From Erysipelothrix larvae (GTDB lineage Bacteria > Bacillota_I > Bacilli_A > Erysipelotrichales > Erysipelotrichaceae): DNA of 32,000 nucleotides. Within the stretch, counting starts at the first letter, position 1. Each line of letters starts with the position of its first letter. Position numbers and translations under genes: made by a program. The DNA lies in assembly GCF_001545095.1 (NCBI RefSeq), contig NZ_CP013213.1, positions 2,370,001 to 2,402,000 of the forward strand. Reading direction: 5' to 3'. Of this stretch, positions 16,866 to 24,969 are shown in pieces. A model generated the notes under the pieces. The model saw only the letters and a list, made by a program, of their open reading frames with translations, made no database searches and was not told the origin of the DNA.

Positions 16866-17844
16866 TATTCCCTCTCTTCTTGATTAGATTTATTATTCTT
16901 CCTATTGCTTTCTCATTGTTAAGATAAATTAAAAAAGCTACCAATATTATTGCAGTTACTATTTGTTGAATGGATGAATCAACATTTACTCTTGCATACA
17001 TAAGTGAAATAAATGCTGTAGTCACTGCTCCCATTAAGTAACCAATATTTGCATTTGTAAATCTTCTTATATACCCCCCAATAAACATCGGTAAAAAAGC
17101 TGTAAACATCACGCCAATCGATGCAAAGTTTAGTGCCATTTGAATGGTTCCTGTGTGCGTGGCACTAATAAACCCCACAACCCCCATCAACGAGCCAGAA
17201 ATAACATAGCAAACTACAGCATTTTTCACTTCTCTTATTCCTGTAGTTACAGCTACTTTTTGCCCTGTCTGCAATGCTCTGTAAGAATATCCAAATTCTG
17301 TATAATCAAATACAAGAGTAACAAGAAGTAAACTAATTGATATTATTACCAAGTAGTTTATCACATTAGGAAAACTGGTCAGCTCAATGTTAGTAACAAA
17401 AGATACTCCAAAGCCATTGGTGATGACAAATGCAATACCTTCATATAGTAGTGCAACTCCAAGAGATATAATTATCGGCGGTAGTTTTACCACTACATAG
17501 GTCAGCCCTGAAATTAAACCTAATATTGCTCCAACAAATACTGATATAATCAACATTGTCCAGACTGATAAATTGGCATTCAAAGCAATAGTAGCGCTTA
17601 TAACCGATGATAACAATGCAACAGAACCTATAGAAAAATCGAATCTTCCAGAATCTAAATTAATGGAGAGCGCTATTGTTGTTAACATTACAGATGCCGT
17701 TGATCTAAAAAACACAATATAATTTCCTGCTGTTTCAAACAATTTAACCCCTTGAAATACGCAGATAAGATTAACAGCAATAAATGTTGTTAATGGTATA
17801 CTTGTTGTTCCTATAAATCTATTAAAAAGGTTTTTTTTATTCAT
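16855..17844 (-). CDS. ABC transporter permease, CUT2 (RbsC-like) type
   Basis: 329 aa, about 9-10 hydrophobic helices, with DSGRFDFSIGSVALL equivalent to the RbsC GGIDLSVGS motif. SD GGAGAG is present. Confidence 0.8.
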   Translation of the reverse strand: MNKKNLFNRFIGTTSIPLTTFIAVNLICVFQGVKLFETAGNYIVFFRSTASVMLTTIALSINLDSGRFDFSIGSVALLSSVISATIALNANLSVWTMLIISVFVGAILGLISGLTYVVVKLPPIIISLGVALLYEGIAFVITNGFGVSFVTNIELTSFPNVINYLVIISISLLLVTLVFDYTEFGYSYRALQTGQKVAVTTGIREVKNAVVCYVISGSLMGVVGFISATHTGTIQMALNFASIGVMFTAFLPMFIGGYIRRFTNANIGYLMGAVTTAFISLMYARVNVDSSIQQIVTAIILVAFLIYLNNEKAIGRIINLIKKRGNNEI

Positions 17845-17876
17845 TGTCTCTCCGATCTTGTTTTTTTATAAAAACT

Positions 17877-17911
17877 AATCTTTATCCCCTTTGTTTTTGG
17901 GGATAAAGATT
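17877..17911 (-). promoter_or_regulatory. Intra-operon stem-loop between the binding-protein and permease genes
   Basis: AATCTTTATCCCC (17877-17889) pairs with GGGGATAAAGATT (17899-17911): a 13-bp perfect stem with a 9-nt loop. In the minus sense it is followed by AGUUUUUAUAAAAAAA, then SD GGAGAG and the ATG at 17844. Confidence 0.6.
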
Positions 17912-17928
17912 ATTTGTGATTTTACTTT

Positions 17929-19116
17929 TTACTGTGTCAAGTTTCTGATTTGATCGTAACTATACTGAGATACAAAATCTGAGAACTCATCGTAACTTGC
18001 ATTTAATAACAAACTAAGCATTTCTTTTGAATATGCAGGCGCCTCAACTGAGCTATCTAGTGCGTATAATCTTTCAAATTCTTCAAATGAGGTCGCAATC
18101 CAATATCCTTGACTCAGGGCTAATGCTTCATTATTATCAGTTCTAACAGGATTCCCTTGAACTGCTCGCAACGTTGCGATAAATATAGGACCAATACTTG
18201 CTGAGAACTTTCCAGCCAAATAATCAAGAACCCCATTTTCCATTGCCTCACCATATGCTGAAGCAAATGCATCTACACTGGCAATCTTTACATTTGATCC
18301 TTGTACTGCTGCACCAAAGAAATCAGAACCGTTTCCTACAGCTAGTAATACCTCTAGTCCAGGTAATTGCGCCATTTGCGTACACATTGCAAACCAAGCA
18401 TCATCCATATCATAACCGCCTACATATCCTAGTATTTCTACATCGCCTACTGCCCCTGTATCTATCGACCCATCAGCATAAATTTGACCCACAATACCTT
18501 CCACTGTTGCCTGACCTTTATAGTTTGCTCCCTCACCCCCTGCTTTTACCATTGCATATAACATTCCTGCAGCTCTGTAAATATGCATATCTGTGTAGTA
18601 CGGTATCGCTCCACCAAAAATTGCAAAATTACTTTTACCTTGGTCTAGATAATGATTCGCCATGTCATAACCAGTTTCAAACTCTCGTTCTAATGATGGA
18701 CCTATCGCTCCAACATAATATTCATAATTCTTAAATTTATCATATTCTTCGTCCGTCAATGTTCCTGTAGCAACTGCGTAGAATATACCTTGCTTTTCTG
18801 CTAGCTCAATCTGCGCCGAACGATCAAATGACGAAAACGATATTACTGCCTTTACATTGTTTGTTATAAATGTTTCAAACGCAGATATTTCTTGTGCTGA
18901 ATCGACTAACTCATCTGAGTAAATGAACTCAACATTAAATTGATTTTGAATATATTCTGTAAAATAATTTCTGAACGCAAGTGCTTCTGCTGATGTTGTG
19001 TCAGATACTAAAACTCCAATTCTTACTGTATCCGCCTCGTTAGAGTCGCCACATCCTGTTAGTAGCAAACTAACACTAACTAGAAGACACATAATTAACT
19101 TTATATTTTTTTTCAC
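17929..19116 (-). CDS. ABC transporter substrate-binding lipoprotein (type I periplasmic-binding fold)
   Basis: 395 aa. (M)KKNIKLIMCLLVSVSLLLTGCGDS is a lipoprotein signal with lipobox LTGC. GTG start at 19114-19116 with SD GGAGGA 6 nt upstream. The gene sits between the two permease genes. Confidence 0.7.
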   Translation of the reverse strand: MKKNIKLIMCLLVSVSLLLTGCGDSNEADTVRIGVLVSDTTSAEALAFRNYFTEYIQNQFNVEFIYSDELVDSAQEISAFETFITNNVKAVISFSSFDRSAQIELAEKQGIFYAVATGTLTDEEYDKFKNYEYYVGAIGPSLEREFETGYDMANHYLDQGKSNFAIFGGAIPYYTDMHIYRAAGMLYAMVKAGGEGANYKGQATVEGIVGQIYADGSIDTGAVGDVEILGYVGGYDMDDAWFAMCTQMAQLPGLEVLLAVGNGSDFFGAAVQGSNVKIASVDAFASAYGEAMENGVLDYLAGKFSASIGPIFIATLRAVQGNPVRTDNNEALALSQGYWIATSFEEFERLYALDSSVEAPAYSKEMLSLLLNASYDEFSDFVSQYSYDQIRNLTQ

Positions 19117-19150
19117 CTTTTTTCCTCCTTATATCTTAGGTGTATGATTT

Positions 19151-20122
19151 TTATCTCGGAAGTATTTTTCTTCTTTGATTACTCGTTGCAAGATAAACAA
19201 CCAGAATAAATATTATTGCTTTTACAATTTGATTTATTCCAGAATTCATATTAAACATAACCATTATCTGACTTAGAAAAGTCATAGAAAACGATCCTAC
19301 TATTGCTGAATATATTTTACTTCTTGCACCTCCTGAAATAGGCATCCCCCCGAATACTATCGCAATAATCACATCCATCCCAACACTTGATGCACTATTC
19401 CTAGTTAATGTTGGGGCGTACACTATTAATAGAAATGCTCCAATTCCAACTCCTAATCCTGATAATGCAAACGAAATAATAGATATTTTTTTACTTGATA
19501 TACCTGTTAACCTTGCACAGATAGGATTTCCTCCGATAAACTTTTGCATTCGCCCTAATCGCGTAAAATTGAATAAAAACGTACAAAGTCCTGCGAAAAC
19601 CATGAGCGTTGCTATCTTAAACCATTCAGTGTTTAGATTTTGCACCGAAGAAGCAGAGATTGACACGGTTGAGCCAGTTCCATTTACACTAATCAATAAC
19701 AAAACAATTGCATTTAGGACACTTAGCATTGCTATTGTTGTAACGAAAACAGGGAGATTAAATATTGAAGCCAAAACTGAATTGAATAATGCAATAGAAA
19801 CTGCGACAAGAATACATACAAGAAACATTAGTAGAATACTATTTGTTGCATTAAATGTAATTGCACCTAATAAAGCACTAACCGTTACAGAAGCACCTAA
19901 ACTTATGTCGAAAGAACCTAAAGAATATATAAATATAGCACCAGTAGCAACGATTGCTACTACAACAGATTGATTTAGGATTGCCTTAAGCCCAAATAGT
20001 ACATTAATATTTCTTAAACTTCCTATAACGAAAAACATCATAGATAATGCAATTAACCCAAATATAGGTGCGAAGTTCATAATTCTATTTTTTATATTTA
20101 TTTTTTTCATCTTTTTCTCCAC
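19151..20122 (-). CDS. ABC transporter permease, CUT2 (RbsC-like) type
   Basis: 323 aa, polytopic, with YSLGSFDISLGASVTV as the RbsC-like motif. It directly abuts the ATPase gene stop. Confidence 0.8.
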   Translation of the reverse strand: MEKKMKKINIKNRIMNFAPIFGLIALSMMFFVIGSLRNINVLFGLKAILNQSVVVAIVATGAIFIYSLGSFDISLGASVTVSALLGAITFNATNSILLMFLVCILVAVSIALFNSVLASIFNLPVFVTTIAMLSVLNAIVLLLISVNGTGSTVSISASSVQNLNTEWFKIATLMVFAGLCTFLFNFTRLGRMQKFIGGNPICARLTGISSKKISIISFALSGLGVGIGAFLLIVYAPTLTRNSASSVGMDVIIAIVFGGMPISGGARSKIYSAIVGSFSMTFLSQIMVMFNMNSGINQIVKAIIFILVVYLATSNQRRKILPR

Positions 20123-21643
20123 CTATATCATGTAATGAATAATATCCGATTCGCTAAGATTCTCATTTCTCATTAATTCTTTCGATATTTTCCCATCTTT
20201 CATCACTATTAACCTATCAACCATGCCAATTAACTCTGTTAATTCTTCAGAAATAATAACAATCGTTTTTCCTTCTTTTTTCATTTCATAAATTAATCGA
20301 TACATAGCTTGCTTAACTCCAACATCTACCCCTCTAGTAGGGCAGTCAAGAATTAGAATTTCACTTCCTCTACCGATCCATTTCCCAAATACTACTTTTT
20401 GCTTATTACCTCCAGATAGTGCTGAAACGCGTTGATTCATACTTGAGCATTTAATACTTAATAAATTGATTTGACTTTTTACGTATTCTATTTCTCGCTT
20501 TGATGTTATAACGCCAAATTGATTCACCATTAAGTCTAGTCCTGCAATAGCAATGTTATCTCTTATACTTGCATCAAGATTCAACGATTCAACATCTCTA
20601 TCTTTTGAAACATAGCCAATATTGCTTTTTATCGCATCACGTTCCGTTTTTATAGTTTTTCCATTTGCTATAACTTTCCCTTTATCAGGGGATAATGACC
20701 CAAACAATATTTTCCCCAATTCATGCATTCCACAGTGTGATAACCCACCAACTCCTAATATTTCTCCACTATGAATTCTTAAGTTTATATCCCTCACATT
20801 ATTGGAATAACAAACATTCTTTAGTTCAACAACAACATCACTTGAAGTTGTACCATCATAATCAGTACGGTAATAACTTCCTTCTAACTCTCTACCAATC
20901 ATTGCTGTTTTTATCTTCTCTTCATCAAAATCCTCTTTTTTAAAATGTGTTATTATTTTCCCATCCCTTAATACGGTTAATGAATCACAAACTTCTGTGA
21001 TTTCATCTAAATCATGAGAGATAAATATAACTGATTTGTTATTATTTCTCATATCTTCTATAAGCTTATAAATTATCTCTCGTCCCCCTTGAGATAACGC
21101 AGTTGTCGTTTCATCAATAATTAGTAAATCTGGTCTTTTGCTCATTACTTTTGCGATTTCTACTAACTTTCTATCTTGAATACTTAACATGCCGGTCATT
21201 ATAGAAGCATCAATATGTGATGCATTAATTTCATCTAAAGCCTTTTGCGCACTGCTTATCATTTTTTTTCGATTGATTAGCCCAAACTTATTTAATCTGT
21301 TCCTAATCTCTTTAAACTCACCACTTTCTGCCAAATATATATTTTCCGCAACACTAATCCCTGGTACAGTTCCACTTTCTTGAACTATCATACCTACACC
21401 ACATTCTAACGCTTCAATCATTGAATTCGGATTCCAATTATTGCTATTAAATAACATGGATCCTTTATCAGCATTTTGAATTCCTGATAGAATTGAAGTA
21501 ACGGTTGACTTCCCTGACCCATTCTCTCCAACAAGACCTAGTACTTCTCCTCTATTTACCGAGAAGCTCACGCTATCTAATGCTACAGTTGTGTCGAAAT
21601 TTTTACATATGTTTTTAACTTCTACTATAATATCTTTGTTCAT
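20123..21643 (-). CDS. Sugar ABC transporter ATP-binding protein with fused tandem NBDs (RbsA/MglA-like)
   Basis: 506 aa. NBD1 has Walker A GENGSGKST and Walker B LLIIDETT. NBD2 has a degenerate Walker A GVGGLSHCGMHELG, signature LSGGNKQKV and ILILDCPTRGVD. This architecture is typical of CUT2 importers. Confidence 0.9.
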   Translation of the reverse strand: MNKDIIVEVKNICKNFDTTVALDSVSFSVNRGEVLGLVGENGSGKSTVTSILSGIQNADKGSMLFNSNNWNPNSMIEALECGVGMIVQESGTVPGISVAENIYLAESGEFKEIRNRLNKFGLINRKKMISSAQKALDEINASHIDASIMTGMLSIQDRKLVEIAKVMSKRPDLLIIDETTTALSQGGREIIYKLIEDMRNNNKSVIFISHDLDEITEVCDSLTVLRDGKIITHFKKEDFDEEKIKTAMIGRELEGSYYRTDYDGTTSSDVVVELKNVCYSNNVRDINLRIHSGEILGVGGLSHCGMHELGKILFGSLSPDKGKVIANGKTIKTERDAIKSNIGYVSKDRDVESLNLDASIRDNIAIAGLDLMVNQFGVITSKREIEYVKSQINLLSIKCSSMNQRVSALSGGNKQKVVFGKWIGRGSEILILDCPTRGVDVGVKQAMYRLIYEMKKEGKTIVIISEELTELIGMVDRLIVMKDGKISKELMRNENLSESDIIHYMI

Positions 21644-21666
21644 TTCATATCCTTCCTATCGATGAC

Positions 21667-21680
21667 AGTAATCGCTTTCA
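21667..21680 (-). promoter_or_regulatory. Candidate CcpA catabolite-responsive element (cre) in the operon leader
   Basis: Minus-sense TGAAAGCGATTACT matches TGWNANCGNTNWCA at 13 of 14 positions. It lies about +46..+59 relative to the predicted TSS. Confidence 0.4.
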
Positions 21681-21732
21681 GACAGATTTAAAAAATTTTA
21701 TTGAATCTGATTAATGTAATTTGTATATATTA

Positions 21733-21761
21733 ATTATATTTTTAATTATATGAGATTCCAA
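21733..21761 (-). promoter_or_regulatory. Candidate sigma-A promoter of the ABC/pgmB/GH3/GH78 operon
   Basis: Minus-sense TTGGAA-17 nt-TATAAT. Confidence 0.55.
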
Positions 21762-21821
21762 TGTTCTATTTTGGTCTATTAAATTGACGTTAATTAATCT
21801 AAAGTTTAAATTTAAGACTAT

Positions 21822-21850
21822 TTGACTATCTTTAATTGATATTTTATAAT
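21822..21850 (+). promoter_or_regulatory. Candidate sigma-A promoter of the AraC-family regulator gene
   Basis: TTGACT (21822-21827)-17 nt-TATAAT (21845-21850). SD AGGAGA is at 21884-21889 and the ATG at 21895. Confidence 0.6.
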
Positions 21851-21894
21851 ATTCTTGAAATTGCTTTCTTTTTTTAGTAATTCAGGAGAACAAT

Positions 21895-22941
21895 ATGAAC
21901 TTTGATACACTAGTAAATAACTTATATCACTATAACTCTGACGAAGAGTTTTATAAGCAGTATTATTATGCAAAACAACAACCGTATTCGCTCGATAAAT
22001 TTTTAACTGAGTTGGATTTTGATTTTGTAAAAAGAAACCATTTGATAATACCTGAGATTGCTTCAACGATACCCCCTCGTTACGAGGATTCGTTTTTCTT
22101 TGGAAAAAATCCAAATGCTTCTATCCTTGTTTTACGCCATAACAGATTTAGTCCTGCCATTGAACATAGCCATACATTTTTTGAGCTACTTTACGTTTAT
22201 GATGGGACATGTATTCATACTATTGATAATCAAACTGTGATACTTAAAAAAGGGGATATATGTATTATCCCTCCTGGGGTAACTCATTCAGTTTCAGTCT
22301 TCGATGATAGTATTATTTTCAATTGTATTATAAGGAAAGCTACACTTCATAACGTATTCTTCAATTTTTTAAGAAACACAAATATTCTTTCTGCTTTTTT
22401 TCTAAACAATATTTACTCAGAAAAAGGAAGCACCTACATTGTATTTCATACCGGGAATGATAATGAAATCCGCAATAGTTTTCTATATATGTATTGGGAA
22501 ACAGTAAATGAATCACTTTATTGGGATCAAATGATTGGTTTTACACTAATGTTAACTTTTGGTATTTTAATTCGTAATTATGACAAAAGTGTAGAATTAC
22601 CTTCGCCAGCAAACAAAAGTGATATCAAACGATATGAAATTTTGCAATATATGCAAGACAATTTTGCAAGTATTTCACTTGATGATCTGGCATCCTATTT
22701 TCATTACACTCCTGAGTATATGTCGAAGTTAATCAAGAAAGTTTTTGGAAAAAACTACACATACATACTTCAAGACATTAGGTTAGAAAAAGCGAAGATA
22801 TTACTATATGATACAAATCTTTCTATCTCTAACATTTCAAACCAAATTGGATACGAAAACACAGAGAGCTTTATACGGTCATTCAAAAAGAAGAATCATA
22901 TGACCCCAACAGAATATAGGAAGAGTGGATACACACTCTAG
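21895..22941 (+). CDS. AraC-family transcriptional regulator (cupin sensor + HTH), divergent from the glycosidase/ABC operon
   Basis: 348 aa. The N-terminal cupin is HSHTFFELLYVYDGTCIHTIDNQTVILKKGDICIIPPGVTHS. The C-terminal AraC HTH pair is ISLDDLASYFHYTPEYMSKLIKKVFG...ISNISNQIGYENTESFIRSFKKKNHMTPTEYRK. Confidence 0.85.
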   Translation: MNFDTLVNNLYHYNSDEEFYKQYYYAKQQPYSLDKFLTELDFDFVKRNHLIIPEIASTIPPRYEDSFFFGKNPNASILVLRHNRFSPAIEHSHTFFELLYVYDGTCIHTIDNQTVILKKGDICIIPPGVTHSVSVFDDSIIFNCIIRKATLHNVFFNFLRNTNILSAFFLNNIYSEKGSTYIVFHTGNDNEIRNSFLYMYWETVNESLYWDQMIGFTLMLTFGILIRNYDKSVELPSPANKSDIKRYEILQYMQDNFASISLDDLASYFHYTPEYMSKLIKKVFGKNYTYILQDIRLEKAKILLYDTNLSISNISNQIGYENTESFIRSFKKKNHMTPTEYRKSGYTL

Positions 22942-22956
22942 TCACTCTAAAAATTG

Positions 22957-22989
22957 AAATTATGCTAGATGAAATTAAGCATAATTTTT
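22957..22989 (+). terminator. Rho-independent terminator of the AraC-family gene
   Basis: AAATTATGCT (22957-22966) pairs with AGCATAATTT (22978-22987): a 10-bp perfect stem running into TTTTT. Confidence 0.65.
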
Positions 22990-23527
22990 CCTCTAGAGCC
23001 TTAAGAATCATAGTAATCCACTTTTTATCCCCTAGCTATCTTAATATCTAGTCTGTTAGTAATAAATTTAATACGCATCTAGTCTTCTGTGATTATCTAT
23101 TTTCCTATTTTAACATTTATAACAACCCTTCTTTTTGCAAAACGATAAGTAATTTCAAGTTACATTCACAATAAATGAGAAACTTTATATGTACGCAGTA
23201 GCCGAGTTTCTATATACTATTTTCCTAAATAAATTAGACAATAAAGATACTATTAATCCAACTTATTGAATCGCTGTCCTTTGTCTCCTAAATTTGCCAA
23301 CTGCCCAAAAATATTATTGATATGAGAAATCATCAGCTTCATTTTAAAATCTCATTGTTGTTTTTGGTATGAATTCCAAATAGTTCCTAAGTCGTACTCA
23401 GTAATTCGTATATTCATAAATCTTCAAGTAGCAACGATAGATCTAGCCGTTGTGATACCTAGCACACTTTAAATTATTGGTTCTTAAAAAAGATATATAC
23501 CCACAAAACAGCATAGAAAACACATTT

Positions 23528-23554
23528 AAAAAAGACACATATTTTATATGTGCC
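23528..23554 (-). terminator. Rho-independent terminator of fucO / rha operon
   Basis: Minus-sense GGCACATAU-aaa-AUAUGUGUC (one A.C mismatch) followed by U6 (A-run 23528-23533 on plus). It lies ~60 nt after the fucO stop. Confidence 0.6.
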
Positions 23555-23616
23555 TAAATAAATACTTATTCATTATTTTATGGTGCGGTCTAGAGGATCT
23601 ACTCTGTAAGCATATA

Positions 23617-24768
23617 CTACATTAAAGCCTTATATAAGCCAATGATTTCTTCAATGTTTGTTTCTCTTGGGTTCCCGGGTGTACATACATCTCTGAATGC
23701 ATCTTCAGCAATCTTATCAAGATCCTCTGCCTTAACGCCTAATTCTGAGATTGTTGCAGGAATGCCTACATCTTTGCTGAGTTTATCAATTGCAGCACAT
23801 GCTGCATCACGTGCTTCTTCAAGACTCATTGCATCGGCTCCTGGTACATTAAGTGCAATTGCAATATCACGATATTTCTCGCCCGTGTAGTCCTTATTAT
23901 ACTTCATAACAGATGGAAGGAGTGCAGCGCATGCAACACCATGTGGTACATTGTACCACGCTGAAAGTGGATGAGCCATACCGTGAACAAGCCCAAGACC
24001 TACATTAGAGAATCCCATACCCGCGATATATTGCCCCAATGCCATCTTTTCACGCGCTTCTTGGCATCCATCTACCGAGTCTCTTAATGATGCACCAATA
24101 ATCTCGATTGCCTTTATATGAAGCATGTCTGTCATTTCCCATGCGCCTTGTGTAATGTATCCTTCAATTGCATGTGTCATTGCATCCATACCCGTTGCAG
24201 CACACAGTGCTTTTGGCATGCCCATCATCATATCGCTGTCTACAAATGCCACAATCGGAATATCGTGAGGATCTACGCATACAAACTTACGATTGTTTGC
24301 TTTATCAGTAATTACATAGTTAATGGTTACTTCTGCGGCTGTCCCTGATGTTGTAGGAACTGCAAGAATTGGTAAACATGGATTTTTAGTATCCGCAATA
24401 CCTTCTAAACTAATGACATCTGAAAACTCTGGATTTTTCACAATGATTGCGATTGCTTTTGCGGTGTCAATCGGTGATCCACCACCAATTGCTACAATAC
24501 AATCTCCTTGGTTTGCTTCTACGAATGCAACACCATCTTGTACATTTTCAATGGTTGGATTTGGAACAATCCCATCATAAGTTACATAGCTAATGCCTTT
24601 TTCATCGAGATGTTTTGTAACCATCTCAACAACTCCAAACTTAACCAAGTCTGCATCTGTTACAATAACAGGTTTCTTAAACCCTCTCGCAAGGATTTCT
24701 GTTGCGACATTCGCAACTGCACCTTTTCCAAAATAAGACGTCTCATTCAATATCATTCTGTTTGCCAT
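23617..24768 (-). CDS. fucO: L-lactaldehyde reductase (1,2-propanediol oxidoreductase), iron-containing ADH family
   Basis: 383 aa, colinear with E. coli FucO: MANRMILNETSYFGKGAV, AIGGGSPIDTAKAI, TTSGTAAEVTINYVITD, FVCVDPHDIP, GLGLVHGMAHPL and DVCTPGNPRE. Confidence 0.92.
   Translation of the reverse strand: MANRMILNETSYFGKGAVANVATEILARGFKKPVIVTDADLVKFGVVEMVTKHLDEKGISYVTYDGIVPNPTIENVQDGVAFVEANQGDCIVAIGGGSPIDTAKAIAIIVKNPEFSDVISLEGIADTKNPCLPILAVPTTSGTAAEVTINYVITDKANNRKFVCVDPHDIPIVAFVDSDMMMGMPKALCAATGMDAMTHAIEGYITQGAWEMTDMLHIKAIEIIGASLRDSVDGCQEAREKMALGQYIAGMGFSNVGLGLVHGMAHPLSAWYNVPHGVACAALLPSVMKYNKDYTGEKYRDIAIALNVPGADAMSLEEARDAACAAIDKLSKDVGIPATISELGVKAEDLDKIAEDAFRDVCTPGNPRETNIEEIIGLYKALM
23618..23789. 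repeat. Direct repeat copy B (3' end of the intact fucO)
   Basis: Partner of 11768-11939; see copy A. Confidence 0.9.
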
Positions 24769-24969
24769 ATGTTTCCTCCTTTTCGAAACTTAAGTAAGCA
24801 GTGGGTATAAACCCTGAATACCATTCATAAGTTAATTTAATCACAAACTTATGCTTTTTCTATCTGTTTTTTTTATACTGTTTTAGAAAAAACCATGCAT
24901 TGACTCTATATTCTCACTCATATATCCTACAATTTTTGATTTTTTTCATCGTTCGCTCACAAATTATCC

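Noticed and set aside
18198-18734. 178-aa plus-strand ORF (and 19569-19973, 134 aa)
   Set aside because: They are antisense to the binding-protein and permease genes. The translations are proline/histidine/leucine-rich, typical of reverse frames of AT-rich coding DNA.
21818-22114. 98-aa minus-strand ORF across the AraC-gene start
   Set aside because: It overlaps the well-supported AraC promoter, SD and N-terminus on the opposite strand, and has no SD or motif.
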